Shown: positions 16,077 to 26,229 of the stretch, piece by piece | Layout of the letters: the number at the start of each line of letters is the position of its first letter | Position numbering within the stretch: position 1 is the stretch's first letter | Assembly (NCBI GenBank): GCA_965261085.1 | Contig: OZ253442.1 | Span: 2,080,001-2,144,000, forward strand | Origin: a bacterium | GTDB taxonomy: Bacteria; UBA8248 | Direction: 5' to 3' | Length of the DNA: 64,000 nucleotides | Program-made: the position numbers and the translations under genes | The notes under the pieces: generated by a model | What the model saw: the letters and a program-made list of their open reading frames with translations, nothing else | Databases searched by the model: none | What the model was told of the DNA's origin: nothing

Positions 16077-17051
16077 ATGAAAGCTGTACGAGTGACGCGG
16101 TTCGGCCTCGAGCATCCGATGGTCGTAGAAGATGTGGGAGAGCCGACGCCCGGGCCGGGTGAGATGCTGGTGCGTATAGCGGCCGCGGGGGTGAATCCTC
16201 TTGAAATTGCGATTCGCTCGGGAAATCATCCGCGCGCCAAGGCGATGACTCTCCCCTATACGTGTGGCACGGACGTCGCAGGCGAGGTGGAGGCGGTGGG
16301 CGAGGGCGTCGAGGCCTTTGCTCCGGGTGATCGAGTCTGGGGTCGTGCTTCCACGGGCGCATACGCCGAAAAAGGCTTGCTGCCCGCAGGCTCGACGGGA
16401 AAACTACCGGATTCGATGTCATTTTCGGACGGGGCCGCATTGCCCATCCCGCTGCTCACGGCTTGGAATGCCGTGGTTGTAAAAGGAGAAGCGGCCCCTG
16501 GCGATTGCGTGCTCGTACAAGGCGGAGCGGGTGGCGTGGGCTATCTGGCCATCCAGCTTGCCTGCACCATAGGTTGCCGGGTGTTTACGACGGTCAGTTC
16601 AAGGGAAAAGGCGGATTTTTGTCTTGCGGCAGGTGCCGAGGCGGCCATCAACTACAAAGAAGAAGACGTGCCAGAACGCGTGATGGAACTTACTTCCGGC
16701 AGGGGCGCCGACATCGTGGTTGAGACCGTAGGCTGCGATAATCTGCCTTCGGATCTCAGGCTCAACGCTATCAATGGCCGAATCGTCATCGTCGGCACGG
16801 GAACGGGCAAAGGCCCGGATGTGACGATTGCGCTGCCGGCGGCCATGGGCCGGGACGCCAGGATTCTGGCGCTCTCTTCCGGCAATTTGAGCCCTCTCGT
16901 CCCGGGTATTTTGAGGCGTCTGAACCCTTTGCTGGAGAGCGGAGCCATCAAGCCCCATATCGGAGGAAAACTCCCGATAGAGCAGGCAAATGAATCTCAC
17001 GATATTCTTCTGAGCGGAAAGTTTTTCGGGAAAGTGAACTTGGTGCCCTAA
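16077..17051 (+). CDS. NADPH:quinone oxidoreductase (MDR family), tandem paralogue
   Basis: GVNPLE, LVQGGAGGVG; colinear with the upstream gene. Confidence 0.88.
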   Translation: MKAVRVTRFGLEHPMVVEDVGEPTPGPGEMLVRIAAAGVNPLEIAIRSGNHPRAKAMTLPYTCGTDVAGEVEAVGEGVEAFAPGDRVWGRASTGAYAEKGLLPAGSTGKLPDSMSFSDGAALPIPLLTAWNAVVVKGEAAPGDCVLVQGGAGGVGYLAIQLACTIGCRVFTTVSSREKADFCLAAGAEAAINYKEEDVPERVMELTSGRGADIVVETVGCDNLPSDLRLNAINGRIVIVGTGTGKGPDVTIALPAAMGRDARILALSSGNLSPLVPGILRRLNPLLESGAIKPHIGGKLPIEQANESHDILLSGKFFGKVNLVP

Positions 17052-17087
17052 TAGGGAATAACCACATTTTAACGAGGTGATGGAGAG

Positions 17088-17777
17088 ATGCTCCTGCTCA
17101 ACGATCATGAAATCGACCTGTGTTTGTTCGATGCCTACGGCACGTTGTTCGACGTATCCGCTGCTGCGGCGGAAAAACAATCCGAGCTGGGCGATCAGTG
17201 GCAGGCGCTCTCCTCGCTTTGGCGGACCAAGCAGATTGAATACACGTGGCTGCGAAGCCTCATGGGCTGTCATGCGGATTTTTGGCAGGTTACGGGCGAT
17301 GCGCTCGATTTCGCTCTGGATACGCTGGGAATGGAGAAGCCGGGCCTTCGCGAAGAACTGATGATGCTCTACAAGCAATTGAGCGCGTACCCTGAAGTGA
17401 AAGGTGTGCTCAAAAAGCTGCAGGAAAATGGGGAGAGGGCCGCGATTCTCTCTAATGGTTCTCCCGAAATGCTGGATAGCGCGGTGAAAAACGCCGGAAT
17501 CGAGGAATATCTCGAAGAGATTTTATCCGTAGAGAGTGTCGGGATATTCAAGGTGCATCCATCGGTCTATCAACTGGCGGTGGATAGGCTCCGCGTTTCG
17601 GCCGATAGAATATGCTTTTTCTCATCAAACGCCTGGGACGTCGCGGGTGCTTCCTATTTCGGATATCACGTCGTCTGGGTCAATCGGTTTGCACATAAAA
17701 AAGAGCGCGTTCCGCACGAAATCGACGCGGAAATTACCTCGCTCGATGAGCTGGGGAGGGTATTGATTCAGACGTGA
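17088..17777 (+). CDS. Haloacid dehalogenase type II
   Basis: FDAYGTLFDV, WRTKQIEYTW, ILSNG, FKVHPSVY, SSNAWDV. Confidence 0.9.
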   Translation: MLLLNDHEIDLCLFDAYGTLFDVSAAAAEKQSELGDQWQALSSLWRTKQIEYTWLRSLMGCHADFWQVTGDALDFALDTLGMEKPGLREELMMLYKQLSAYPEVKGVLKKLQENGERAAILSNGSPEMLDSAVKNAGIEEYLEEILSVESVGIFKVHPSVYQLAVDRLRVSADRICFFSSNAWDVAGASYFGYHVVWVNRFAHKKERVPHEIDAEITSLDELGRVLIQT

Positions 17778-17791
17778 AGCTCTTTTGTCGC

Positions 17792-18376
17792 CTATGATAC
17801 GCTCAGCGCCTTTCTGAGGGTTTGAATTCTACCCGCATGATTGGAATGGTTGACGGGCGGAAGTTTCTCCTTGTTCGTCACGGGCAACACAATGAAATGA
17901 GGGCCCGCCTCGGTGAGTATCCGGGGCAGGGCGTCCCGAAACGCCTCGAGAGAATTGATGCGCGCTACTTTGCCTTTTCCCGTTGCGCCGCCACCCTCGA
18001 ATCCTGCGGCATGCGCCAGTTCGACGAAATCGACTCGGGGGGGGAGTTCTTGCCCGCCCACCATCTCGTAGCTCCTGTTCTCGAGCAGGAAGACGATCAG
18101 GTTTTCAGGCGCATACCGAGCCAGAGTTACCAATGAGCCCAGGCTCATCAGCATGCCTCCATCGCCTTTCCAGACGATGGTTTTTCGCTCGGGCCGGGCG
18201 ATGGCGAGGCCTAGGCCGAAGTCGGCGGCGTGCCCCATGCCGAACGCAAGGAAATCGAAATCAAGGTCGCTTTCTGATACCAGCGGCCACTGCAGGGTGG
18301 CCGTCATGGTCATCACCACGATTTCATTCGTTCTTTGCTCCGCCACAGTCCGGAACAGGTCCATGCGCTCTATCAA
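17792..18376 (-). CDS. TPP-dependent decarboxylase beta subunit (sulfopyruvate/phosphonopyruvate decarboxylase ComE-like)
   Basis: GDGGMLM...N TPP-binding motif. Confidence 0.75.
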   Translation of the reverse strand: MIERMDLFRTVAEQRTNEIVVMTMTATLQWPLVSESDLDFDFLAFGMGHAADFGLGLAIARPERKTIVWKGDGGMLMSLGSLVTLARYAPENLIVFLLENRSYEMVGGQELPPRVDFVELAHAAGFEGGGATGKGKVARINSLEAFRDALPRILTEAGPHFIVLPVTNKEKLPPVNHSNHAGRIQTLRKALSVS

Positions 18377-18389
18377 GGTAACCCGCCTT

Positions 18390-18926
18390 TCAAGATTTGA
18401 ATGCGTAGCCGGTGATTACGGCCGCCGGATAAGAAGTTTCTGACGCCGTTTGGTCCATCAATTCGAGGGTTCCCAGATCATCGTCCGACATGAGTCGCCA
18501 GGTCGGGATTTTCCACGCACCGAGCAGCGGCTCCGTGAAGGTATAGGCCGAATCGAGCGGCAGCTTGCCGGCCATCGCTCCGCCGTATCCCCGCCAGCCG
18601 ACCATCATGCGCAAGGGCACTTTGGGTCCTGCGCCGCAGCCTCTCAGGGAATCTCCTGCCTCCATGAGGCCTGTGTTCTGGATCACGAGCAATGGTTTTT
18701 GTCCACCCGTCCAAAGCCCGGCTGCGATGGCGACCGATTCTCCCTCCCGGCAGGGAGTGAGCAGGTCGATTTTCGGGTCGTTTTCCAGGGCATCGTATAA
18801 ATGGCGGCTCTCGCTGTCCGGGATCATGAGAACGTGCGTGAATCCGAGTTCATGAAGTTTCGCAACTGTTTTATGCGCACTTGCGCCATTTTCGCTCAAG
18901 GATTTTCCTCTCGGTGAGAATTTCAT
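18390..18926 (-). CDS. TPP-dependent decarboxylase alpha subunit (ComD-like)
   Basis: IPDS, CREGESVAIAAG, IQNTGL; adjacent to the beta subunit. Confidence 0.75.
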   Translation of the reverse strand: MKFSPRGKSLSENGASAHKTVAKLHELGFTHVLMIPDSESRHLYDALENDPKIDLLTPCREGESVAIAAGLWTGGQKPLLVIQNTGLMEAGDSLRGCGAGPKVPLRMMVGWRGYGGAMAGKLPLDSAYTFTEPLLGAWKIPTWRLMSDDDLGTLELMDQTASETSYPAAVITGYAFKS

Positions 18927-19081
18927 ATTCTTTCATATTGAGAGACCCATCTTCGGTGTCGCGCATCGCCGAAGTCAAGAGTTCCGGGTGAAATAATCTC
19001 TCGAATCGAAAATGCGGGGATATGATAACCTGCCCGAAGTGATATGCTCGGGCTTTTTCAAGGGTATAAGATTTCCCACGC

Positions 19082-20140
19082 ATGACTCGCAAAGAAAGAA
19101 AAGGAGTCGCGTTGAAACGACGACCCGTAATTGCCATGACCATGGGGGATCCGGCGGGGGTAGGGCCCGAGGTTTGCCTGAAAGCCGCTCTGGAGGCGAA
19201 GGTTCAAAGAAAGTGCATCCCTCTTATCGTGGGCGATATGGCCGTGCTCAGGAAACACGCCCGGCGGATGAAGATTCCGGCGCGGCTGACACGGGTGACG
19301 GACGAGAGCAAGCTCCCGCAATACCAGGGGACGGCCCTCACGCCAGTGATCGATCTAAAAAACGTCGCTCCCGAACACCGCGTATTTGGAAAAGTTCTCC
19401 CCGAACTGGGCGCGGCGGCGGGCCGGTACATCGAAAAAGCCGTCTCGATGGTGCAGGCAGGCTGGGCGGACGCCGTTGCGACTGCGCCGATCAACAAGGA
19501 ATCCTTACAAGCCGGGGGGTACGACTATCCCGGACATACCGAAATGCTCGCCGCTCTGTGCGGGGAAGGGCGGCCCGTCATGATGCTGGCGCACCGCAAG
19601 ATACGCATTGCGCATCTGTCCACCCATTGTCCGCTCAGTGTGGCCCTGCGGCGTGTCAAGCGAAAAAGAATCGTCTACGTGGCTCAAGTTCTGGACGACG
19701 CCCTGCGTCGGCTTGATCGCAAGCAACCCAGAATCGGCATCGCGGGCTTGAATCCCCATGCGGGCGAGGCCGGCTTGTTCGGAAGAGAGGAAATGGAGGA
19801 AATCGCGCCTGCGGTCTCAGATCTAAGAGAGATGGGCATTGATGCGCATGGGCCCGAGCCGCCGGACACGATTTTCGGCAAATTGCGCGGCGGCTATTAC
19901 GGCGGCGTCGTGGCCATGTATCACGATCAGGGCCACATTCCGGGAAAATTGATGTGTTTTCGCTTCGACTCCCAGGGGCAGGCGAGCGTGCGCGGCGTCA
20001 ACGTGACGCTGGGCCTTCCCATCATCAGAACCTCGGTGGAGCACGGGACGGGCTACCCCATCGCAGGGCAGGGCATTGCCGATCCCTCCAGCATGGTCGA
20101 TGCGCTTATTTTCGCCGCCAGAATGTCCGCAAGTAGCTGA
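19082..20140 (+). CDS. pdxA: 4-hydroxythreonine-4-phosphate dehydrogenase (PdxA/PdxA2)
   Basis: MGDPAGVGPE, TAPINK, GHTE, GLNPHAGE, AMYHDQG, RTSVEHGT. Confidence 0.9.
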   Translation: MTRKERKGVALKRRPVIAMTMGDPAGVGPEVCLKAALEAKVQRKCIPLIVGDMAVLRKHARRMKIPARLTRVTDESKLPQYQGTALTPVIDLKNVAPEHRVFGKVLPELGAAAGRYIEKAVSMVQAGWADAVATAPINKESLQAGGYDYPGHTEMLAALCGEGRPVMMLAHRKIRIAHLSTHCPLSVALRRVKRKRIVYVAQVLDDALRRLDRKQPRIGIAGLNPHAGEAGLFGREEMEEIAPAVSDLREMGIDAHGPEPPDTIFGKLRGGYYGGVVAMYHDQGHIPGKLMCFRFDSQGQASVRGVNVTLGLPIIRTSVEHGTGYPIAGQGIADPSSMVDALIFAARMSASS

Positions 20141-20413
20141 TAATAAAAGAGATATCACTTTACATTCCATTCATTTATTTATCGAAAAACCCCGTGAATT
20201 TATCGATATTTTCATCAATTCGTTTTCCCGTTTCCAGAGGCGAGGCGCCGTTTTCTCTCGCCGGAGCGCAAGGGAGTTTCGCTGAACATAGTGCATGGAC
20301 CAGAGCGAGCCCGCACCGAAAATGCAGGAAAAAGCAGAGGGTCTCGCTATGCCTTTTACGGGGTGGGCGAGATGCAAAACCAGCATGTGGCAGTGCAGGT
20401 TTTCCCGTGGTGC

Positions 20414-22717
20414 TCATGAAATCCCGGAAACACCCTGCGCCGCTTTTTCCTCGATGTGTTTGAGGATGTCCGCAGCCACTTCGATCACTTCCGCCGGTGC
20501 GCGAACCGTCTCGCCGGAATATTGACGCAGAGCGACGATAAGGGGAGCGAGCGTGTCGGATTTCTCCTCGTCGCTCGTGAGAATTTCGACAAGCTCATGC
20601 GCCGATGCGCCGGCTGCGATCAGGTCCGGTACAACCCATAGCATCTCTTGCGTCATCTTTTCATTATCGAGTACAAACGCGTAATACGCGGAACGGAACG
20701 CTTCCATCGCGGCTTGGTGTTTTCCCTTTAATAGTAGCGCCATTGCTCGCGTGTGCATTACTCGCCACCTGAACTCGACTTCTTGTTCACCAGTTAAAAA
20801 TGTCCCGAGTCTTCGTTCGAGTTCAGCGCATGTGCTGAGGGCTGCATCCGCGTCACCGGTTTGAGTTTGTATCATGCTCTTGTTGATTAACGCCGTAGCG
20901 ATCCAGCATTGGATTTCCGGCTCGTCGCTGTCACTAAAACGTTTGACGACTTCTTCACAGGCCATAATAGCTGCTCTGAAATTGCCGAGTTCTTCTAGTG
21001 TATTTCCTTTACGAACTAACGCTATAGCGACAAGCCGCTGTATCTCCGCTATGTTGCTGTCGCCAAAGCGGGTAACTACATTTTCATATGCTGCAATGGC
21101 TTCTTCGAACTCGCCGAGCTTCCGGTGCGCATTTGCCTTCACATTCAATAGCACAGCGTCAAGTGGTTGTAGCAATCGAGACAAAAGTGCGCCATAGGGA
21201 GCCAAAGCGCGGTTTGCGGTAATAACAAGCTTCCCCAGTTCACTCTCGTTGAGCGCTGTAGTGATCCCTTGAAAGAGACTCCCCAAGCGATTTACGGTCT
21301 TAAGAACCTCTCCAAATTCCCCCTTATTGAACGTTACAGCAATCCTTTGCAAAAGGCGCATCCACTCGTCGCTTGTAATGCTCAATTGAGGAGACCGTGT
21401 ATCTTTTGGAATTCCTTGGCTCATACTGGAATACAGATTGTCCAACTCCGGAAGCCTGGCCGCTGCCCTGTCAAGACCCTCACGAATGGCCGATGATTCC
21501 TCCGCCTCCTGAATGAGCTTAGGGAACACTTCTGCTTGTTCTTTTTCGTTGTAGAACACCACCATGAAGCGGATCAGATTCTCCACGACGGCCGCCTCGT
21601 CGCGTTCGCGCCGCAGTTTGTAGTAGATGCTGTAGAGACGTTCTGCGGCAGCGTACAGGCGCTTCCTGCCGCTTCCTTCCACGATAATCGCGCCCCGCTC
21701 GACCAGCCGCCCGAGCATGGTCGATACGGTTCGAACGTCCATGCGCGCGCGCACCGCGATTTCGGCGGTGCTCGATGGCCGCCAAAGGTCGATCGCGGCG
21801 AGATAGACGCGGCGTTCAGTCTTGGCCAAGACTTCCAGATGGCTACGAAAATACTCGGTATGCTCGTCGATTAGCGTCACCAACTCTTCCATCAGTTGGC
21901 GCAGGGAGTGATGACGTGCGAACCCGGCGACGATGACGAGCAGGCGGGGGCTACCGCCAGTCAATATCTGGAGGGGTCTGATCTCGCGCCCGCTCACCGC
22001 GTCCCCGCTTACCACTTGCCACAGGCGGCGGCATTCTTTGTTGGAGAGAGGTTCCAGGCCGATGATTCGAAACAACTCGAAGAACGGTTGTTCTGCATCG
22101 TCCAGACTCTCGAAACGGCTGGTGGCGGAGGCGAGCAGCACGATCTGGGGTTCTGATTGCAACACCCCACGAAGCTTCCAGCCGAAATCCTTATCCACGC
22201 TCTCGCATAGGGATTGTAAATTCTCGACCATGAGTACGAGTTTTCGATCCAATCGGTCCGCCGCCGCGAGAACGGCGGCGCGGGCATGAGCCTCCAGCGA
22301 CTGCTCGCGCCAGCGGGTGGACAGGTCGGCGTGCGTTTCTCGCAGTTCCCGCGCGAGTTCGGGATCGTGGGCGGCGCTTTCTCTTGCGAGATGGAACAGC
22401 GTTTCGAGCCAGAAGTCGGCGATGTTGAAAATCTCCTGGCTCTCTTCCATGAAACGGACCGGCAACAGGCGTCCGGCGAGTTCGCCGTCGGTGCATATTT
22501 CCGCAGCGGCTCGGGCCAGAAGCATCGTTTTTCCCCGACCGCGAGGGGCGACGACCAGAACGTGTTGACACGAGGGCGACTCGATGTTCCCGCGCAGCAC
22601 CTCGAGCACGATGCCGAATTCATGTTTTCGGACAACGAACTGCTCTATTACCTCTTTGTCGGACTGGAATGTGCCCGGATTGAACTTGCGAATTTGCCTA
22701 TTGGATGTTTCGTTCAT
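20414..22717 (-). CDS. P-loop ATPase with winged HTH and C-terminal TPR repeats (STAND-like)
   Basis: APRGRGKT Walker A, LMVENL Walker B variant, GGSPR, HTH (TAEIAVRARMDVRTVSTMLGRL), TPRs EEAIAAYENVVTRFGD. Confidence 0.8.
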   Translation of the reverse strand: MNETSNRQIRKFNPGTFQSDKEVIEQFVVRKHEFGIVLEVLRGNIESPSCQHVLVVAPRGRGKTMLLARAAAEICTDGELAGRLLPVRFMEESQEIFNIADFWLETLFHLARESAAHDPELARELRETHADLSTRWREQSLEAHARAAVLAAADRLDRKLVLMVENLQSLCESVDKDFGWKLRGVLQSEPQIVLLASATSRFESLDDAEQPFFELFRIIGLEPLSNKECRRLWQVVSGDAVSGREIRPLQILTGGSPRLLVIVAGFARHHSLRQLMEELVTLIDEHTEYFRSHLEVLAKTERRVYLAAIDLWRPSSTAEIAVRARMDVRTVSTMLGRLVERGAIIVEGSGRKRLYAAAERLYSIYYKLRRERDEAAVVENLIRFMVVFYNEKEQAEVFPKLIQEAEESSAIREGLDRAAARLPELDNLYSSMSQGIPKDTRSPQLSITSDEWMRLLQRIAVTFNKGEFGEVLKTVNRLGSLFQGITTALNESELGKLVITANRALAPYGALLSRLLQPLDAVLLNVKANAHRKLGEFEEAIAAYENVVTRFGDSNIAEIQRLVAIALVRKGNTLEELGNFRAAIMACEEVVKRFSDSDEPEIQCWIATALINKSMIQTQTGDADAALSTCAELERRLGTFLTGEQEVEFRWRVMHTRAMALLLKGKHQAAMEAFRSAYYAFVLDNEKMTQEMLWVVPDLIAAGASAHELVEILTSDEEKSDTLAPLIVALRQYSGETVRAPAEVIEVAADILKHIEEKAAQGVSGIS

Positions 22718-23957
22718 GGCGTCCGCTCCCTTGGCTTATCGTCGGGACGGCGGTTTTCGAGGGGAATGTGGTGGTCACGGAAACGCGCCGACCACCAGTC
22801 CTTCAGTAACTTTGATGGGAAACGATAGCTACCGTCATCGGCTTCGAGATAGCCGTCGTGGGCAAGAATTTCGAGAGCATCCGCGATACGCCCGGGCGCA
22901 TCTTCCACTAACGCTGAATACAACCGTTCGAGACAGCGTCACGCGGCTGGCGTGAACACCTCCTGAGTCGCCGCTTCGGCAAGAATTTCCATGGCGATGG
23001 AGTAGCTCTCGTCTTCGAGTCCTTCTTTTAGGCGTGTCTCGTAGTGCACGAGATCGTTCTGACCCGAGGGTCCTAAAAGCGCGGTGCGATAGAATCGTCG
23101 ACATCTTCCACAGTCACTCGGTCCCGCCCCTGCATTATGGCGAAATCCCGCAAGCGCGCAAAGAAGGACTGCACGTGGTGAGGTATGCCGACTCCCAAAT
23201 CTTCGTAGACTGCATCCGCCACACCGTCTTCGACGGATAATCCGTAACTCTTCGAGAGATACTCGAAACACTTGATGCTGGTGTCGCGGTTCCACGGACC
23301 CAGGCGAAAGGGGTATAGGTGGTTGATGCGATCGGGTAGGCCGAGTTGTTTCATAAGAGGTTCCAGCCCGATGCTGCCCGATAATATGAGGACAGGAGAG
23401 GCGTCGCCGAGAGCCTGAAGCACGCCACGCAGCCAACTCATGAACTCGTCCACCCGCCGCGCGTCGCCGTCTTGATGGAGCATCCTTTTAAGGAAGATCG
23501 GCAACTCGTCGATGACGAGGAGAATCGGCTTCTCATACTCCGCGCAATTGCGGAGCAATTGCTCCCCGTGACGCCGCCAGCTTCCGGCATCCAGCCCGGC
23601 GCGGATCTTCACGCGAAACTCGAGCGCGTTGATCTCCTCGATGTTGTCGGTAAACCAGCGCCCCGCCCAGACGGCAAAACGCGACGAGAGTGCGCGAACT
23701 GGGTGCGCGGCCTGGGCGATTTCGGCGATTACGTCCTCCGGACAAGTCGCGCCCTCGACGTCGGCGAAGAGGAATACCCAGCCTTTGGTTTCGAGCCGCC
23801 TACCGAGTTCTCGGGCAATACTGGTCTTTCCCATTCGTCGTTGCCCGGTCAACAACACATGGTTGCGCTCCCGAACCCGGGTTTCCAGTACACTTAACTC
23901 GGATTCGCGATCGAAAAAGTCGTCGCCGCTTACCCACCGGCCTGTAGATAATCTCAT
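22714..23957 (-). pseudogene. AAA/archaeal-type ATPase broken by a frameshift and a premature stop
   Basis: GQRRMGKT Walker A, LLVIDE Walker B; ~1-bp deletion near 23093; in-frame TGA at 22939-22941; C-terminus YRFPSKLLKDWW ends in an ATGA overlap with the next gene. Confidence 0.75.
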
Positions 23958-24215
23958 GTGTTCTCCTATACCTATGCTCTTTTCAACAAATCTGTTGAAT
24001 TTAATCATACAACATAATTGTTGTCAACTGTTTTGTTGACAACAGTATTGTTTTTACTCGGAATGCTCATTTCTGGGTGAATTCGTTATTTGTATCGTGA
24101 CTTTTTGATGCTCTAACCCGCAGGAAAGGTCGCGGCCTGTCCCTACTATCAGGATAACGAATTACCGCCCCACGGGACGAGGACGCACCCCCCGTACAGC
24201 GAAACCATACACCCC

Positions 24216-24971
24216 TCAAGAGCGGCAGATGGTGAGCAGGTGTACCGTTTCGGCGCCCGCTTTTTTGAGTTCCCGGGCGCAGGCCGAGGCGGTCGAGCCG
24301 GTCGTGACGACGTCGTCGACGAGGATGCACGTGGCCGCCTCGAGTTCCCGGCGCGCCTGGTTTGGGCGGACTCTGAAGACGCCCCGCATGTTGCGGCGTC
24401 GTTCCCTCCCGGATAAGCCCGTTTGTGAGCGGGTCTCCTTCGCGCGCTCGAGACAATCCGCGTGGGGCTTGCCCAAGTGTTCCGCCGTCCTGAGGGCGAG
24501 CAGCATCGCCTGATCGAAACCCCGGACTCGCCAACGGACGGGGTCGATGGGCACGTGCGTCAAAAGCACCTTTCGGGCGTCCTCACCCGCCCCGAATTCG
24601 TCCGTCGCGAGTTTGGCGAGATGGGGCGCGAACTCGCGCGCGAGTTTCGTGAAGCCCTGGAACTTGAAGAGGTGGACCGATTCCCGCAGCGAGTCCTCAT
24701 ACGCGCCGATGGCGCGGGCCATGTCGTAGTGATGCCCATTTTCCAGGCAATCCGAACAGACGTGGGCCGGGGAATGGGCGAGGGTGGTTAGGGAGTGAAA
24801 AGGATTCCCGCACCTGGGACACCAGGGCGGTTCGAAACGCTCGAAGGCATCCGTGCAGGGCGCGCATATCGCATGGGGGTCGCCGATTTGCATGGAAGAT
24901 GAACACAAAAGGCACTTCGGGGGGATGAGGAAATCCGTCGCTGCGCCGATGAGCCTGCGGAGATAACCCAT
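24216..24971 (-). CDS. comF: ComF family protein (double zinc ribbon plus PRTase)
   Basis: CxxC pairs, RGFDQA, LVDDVVTTGST. Confidence 0.88.
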   Translation of the reverse strand: MGYLRRLIGAATDFLIPPKCLLCSSSMQIGDPHAICAPCTDAFERFEPPWCPRCGNPFHSLTTLAHSPAHVCSDCLENGHHYDMARAIGAYEDSLRESVHLFKFQGFTKLAREFAPHLAKLATDEFGAGEDARKVLLTHVPIDPVRWRVRGFDQAMLLALRTAEHLGKPHADCLERAKETRSQTGLSGRERRRNMRGVFRVRPNQARRELEAATCILVDDVVTTGSTASACARELKKAGAETVHLLTICRS

Positions 24972-25052
24972 GATCCCTGGGATGCACTCGCTTCGGGTCC
25001 TGGGTATAGGGGAATGTGGCCCCCTCGCGCGGGCCGTTTGCGGCTGGACGTT

Positions 25053-26198
25053 CTAGGATTTTCTTCTGAGTTGCACCCTTTTGCTGCCCGTGCCCTCGCT
25101 CTGCGCCTCGCCCCGGCGGCGGTGGCGGATGAGTTCGGCGACGACGGCGACCCCGATCTCTCCCGGCGTATCGGCGCCGATGTCAAGCCCTATGGGCGCA
25201 TGGACGCGCTGGATGAGGTCGCTTCGGTCGTAGCCCCTGTCCTGAAGATGGCGGTAGGTGAGCAGCACCTTGCTTTTGGAGCCAATCATCCCGATGTAGC
25301 GTGCGGGTGTCTTCAACGCCCATTCGAGGACGACCTCGTCGTTCGAATGGCCCCGGGTGATGATGGAGAGATAGTCCGACTCGTCGACCGGAATTTTCTC
25401 GAAAATTTCAGGAAATTCTCCGACGTAGAACGACTCCGCCATCGGGAAGCGCTCCTTGTTCGCGAACGAGGGTCTGTCTTCGACAATCGCGACCCGGAAA
25501 CCTGCGAGGTAGGCCGCCTGCGCCACGCAGAATGAGACGTGCCCGCCGCCGAACATATAGACGAGCGGCTGGCCGGTTATGGGTTCGACAAAAATTTCGG
25601 TCGCCCCTTCGAGCGTGGGCCTTTTCCCGCTCTCGCGCCCGGCGTCCCGGTTGAACTGCAAGAGAGTAGGACTGCCGTTGCGGATGATTTGCGTGCTCTC
25701 CGCCCAGATTTCCGTTGAATAGTTGGGAATCTCGCCCACCGCGCTGCCGTCGCGCCTGAAGAGCATTTTTCTGGCTTCCGGCGTCGGTACATCGAGTCCG
25801 CCGGGCTGAACGATGGTCGCAAGCGCCGCGCTGCCGCCCTGGTTTCTGATCTGGTTGATCTCATCGAGCAGCTCTTCCTGAAACGCCTGGAAGGGTTCTA
25901 CGAGTATTTCCACGACGCCGCCGCAGATATGCCCGCTGTCTTCGGCTTCCTGCTGGGTGAGGTCAAAGGTGAGCTTTTCGGGTTCGCCCGACTCGATGAC
26001 GCTCATGGCGGTTTCCCAGACCTCGGCCTCGAGGCAACCGCCCCCGACGGTGCCTTCCGTGCTGCCGTCCTCGCGCACGAGCATCTTCGCATCGCCGCTC
26101 ATGGGTGCGGACCCCTTGCGGGCCACGACGGTGGCGAGCGCGCCGCTCTGGCCGTCTCCCTTGAGCTTTGCCATTTCCCTGAATACGTCCTTGCTCAT
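25053..26198 (-). CDS. xdhC: XdhC/CoxF family molybdenum cofactor insertion chaperone
   Basis: GTVGGGCLE, HICGG, FGGGHVS, YIGMIGS, HAPIGLDIGADTP. Confidence 0.88.
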   Translation of the reverse strand: MSKDVFREMAKLKGDGQSGALATVVARKGSAPMSGDAKMLVREDGSTEGTVGGGCLEAEVWETAMSVIESGEPEKLTFDLTQQEAEDSGHICGGVVEILVEPFQAFQEELLDEINQIRNQGGSAALATIVQPGGLDVPTPEARKMLFRRDGSAVGEIPNYSTEIWAESTQIIRNGSPTLLQFNRDAGRESGKRPTLEGATEIFVEPITGQPLVYMFGGGHVSFCVAQAAYLAGFRVAIVEDRPSFANKERFPMAESFYVGEFPEIFEKIPVDESDYLSIITRGHSNDEVVLEWALKTPARYIGMIGSKSKVLLTYRHLQDRGYDRSDLIQRVHAPIGLDIGADTPGEIGVAVVAELIRHRRRGEAQSEGTGSKRVQLRRKS

Positions 26199-26229
26199 TT
26201 TCCGCTCCGCTTGCGTGGAATTACAGTTG

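Noticed and set aside
22939-22941. In-frame TGA as selenocysteine
   Set aside because: No Cys/redox context, Arg (CGA) fits, and the gene also carries a frameshift
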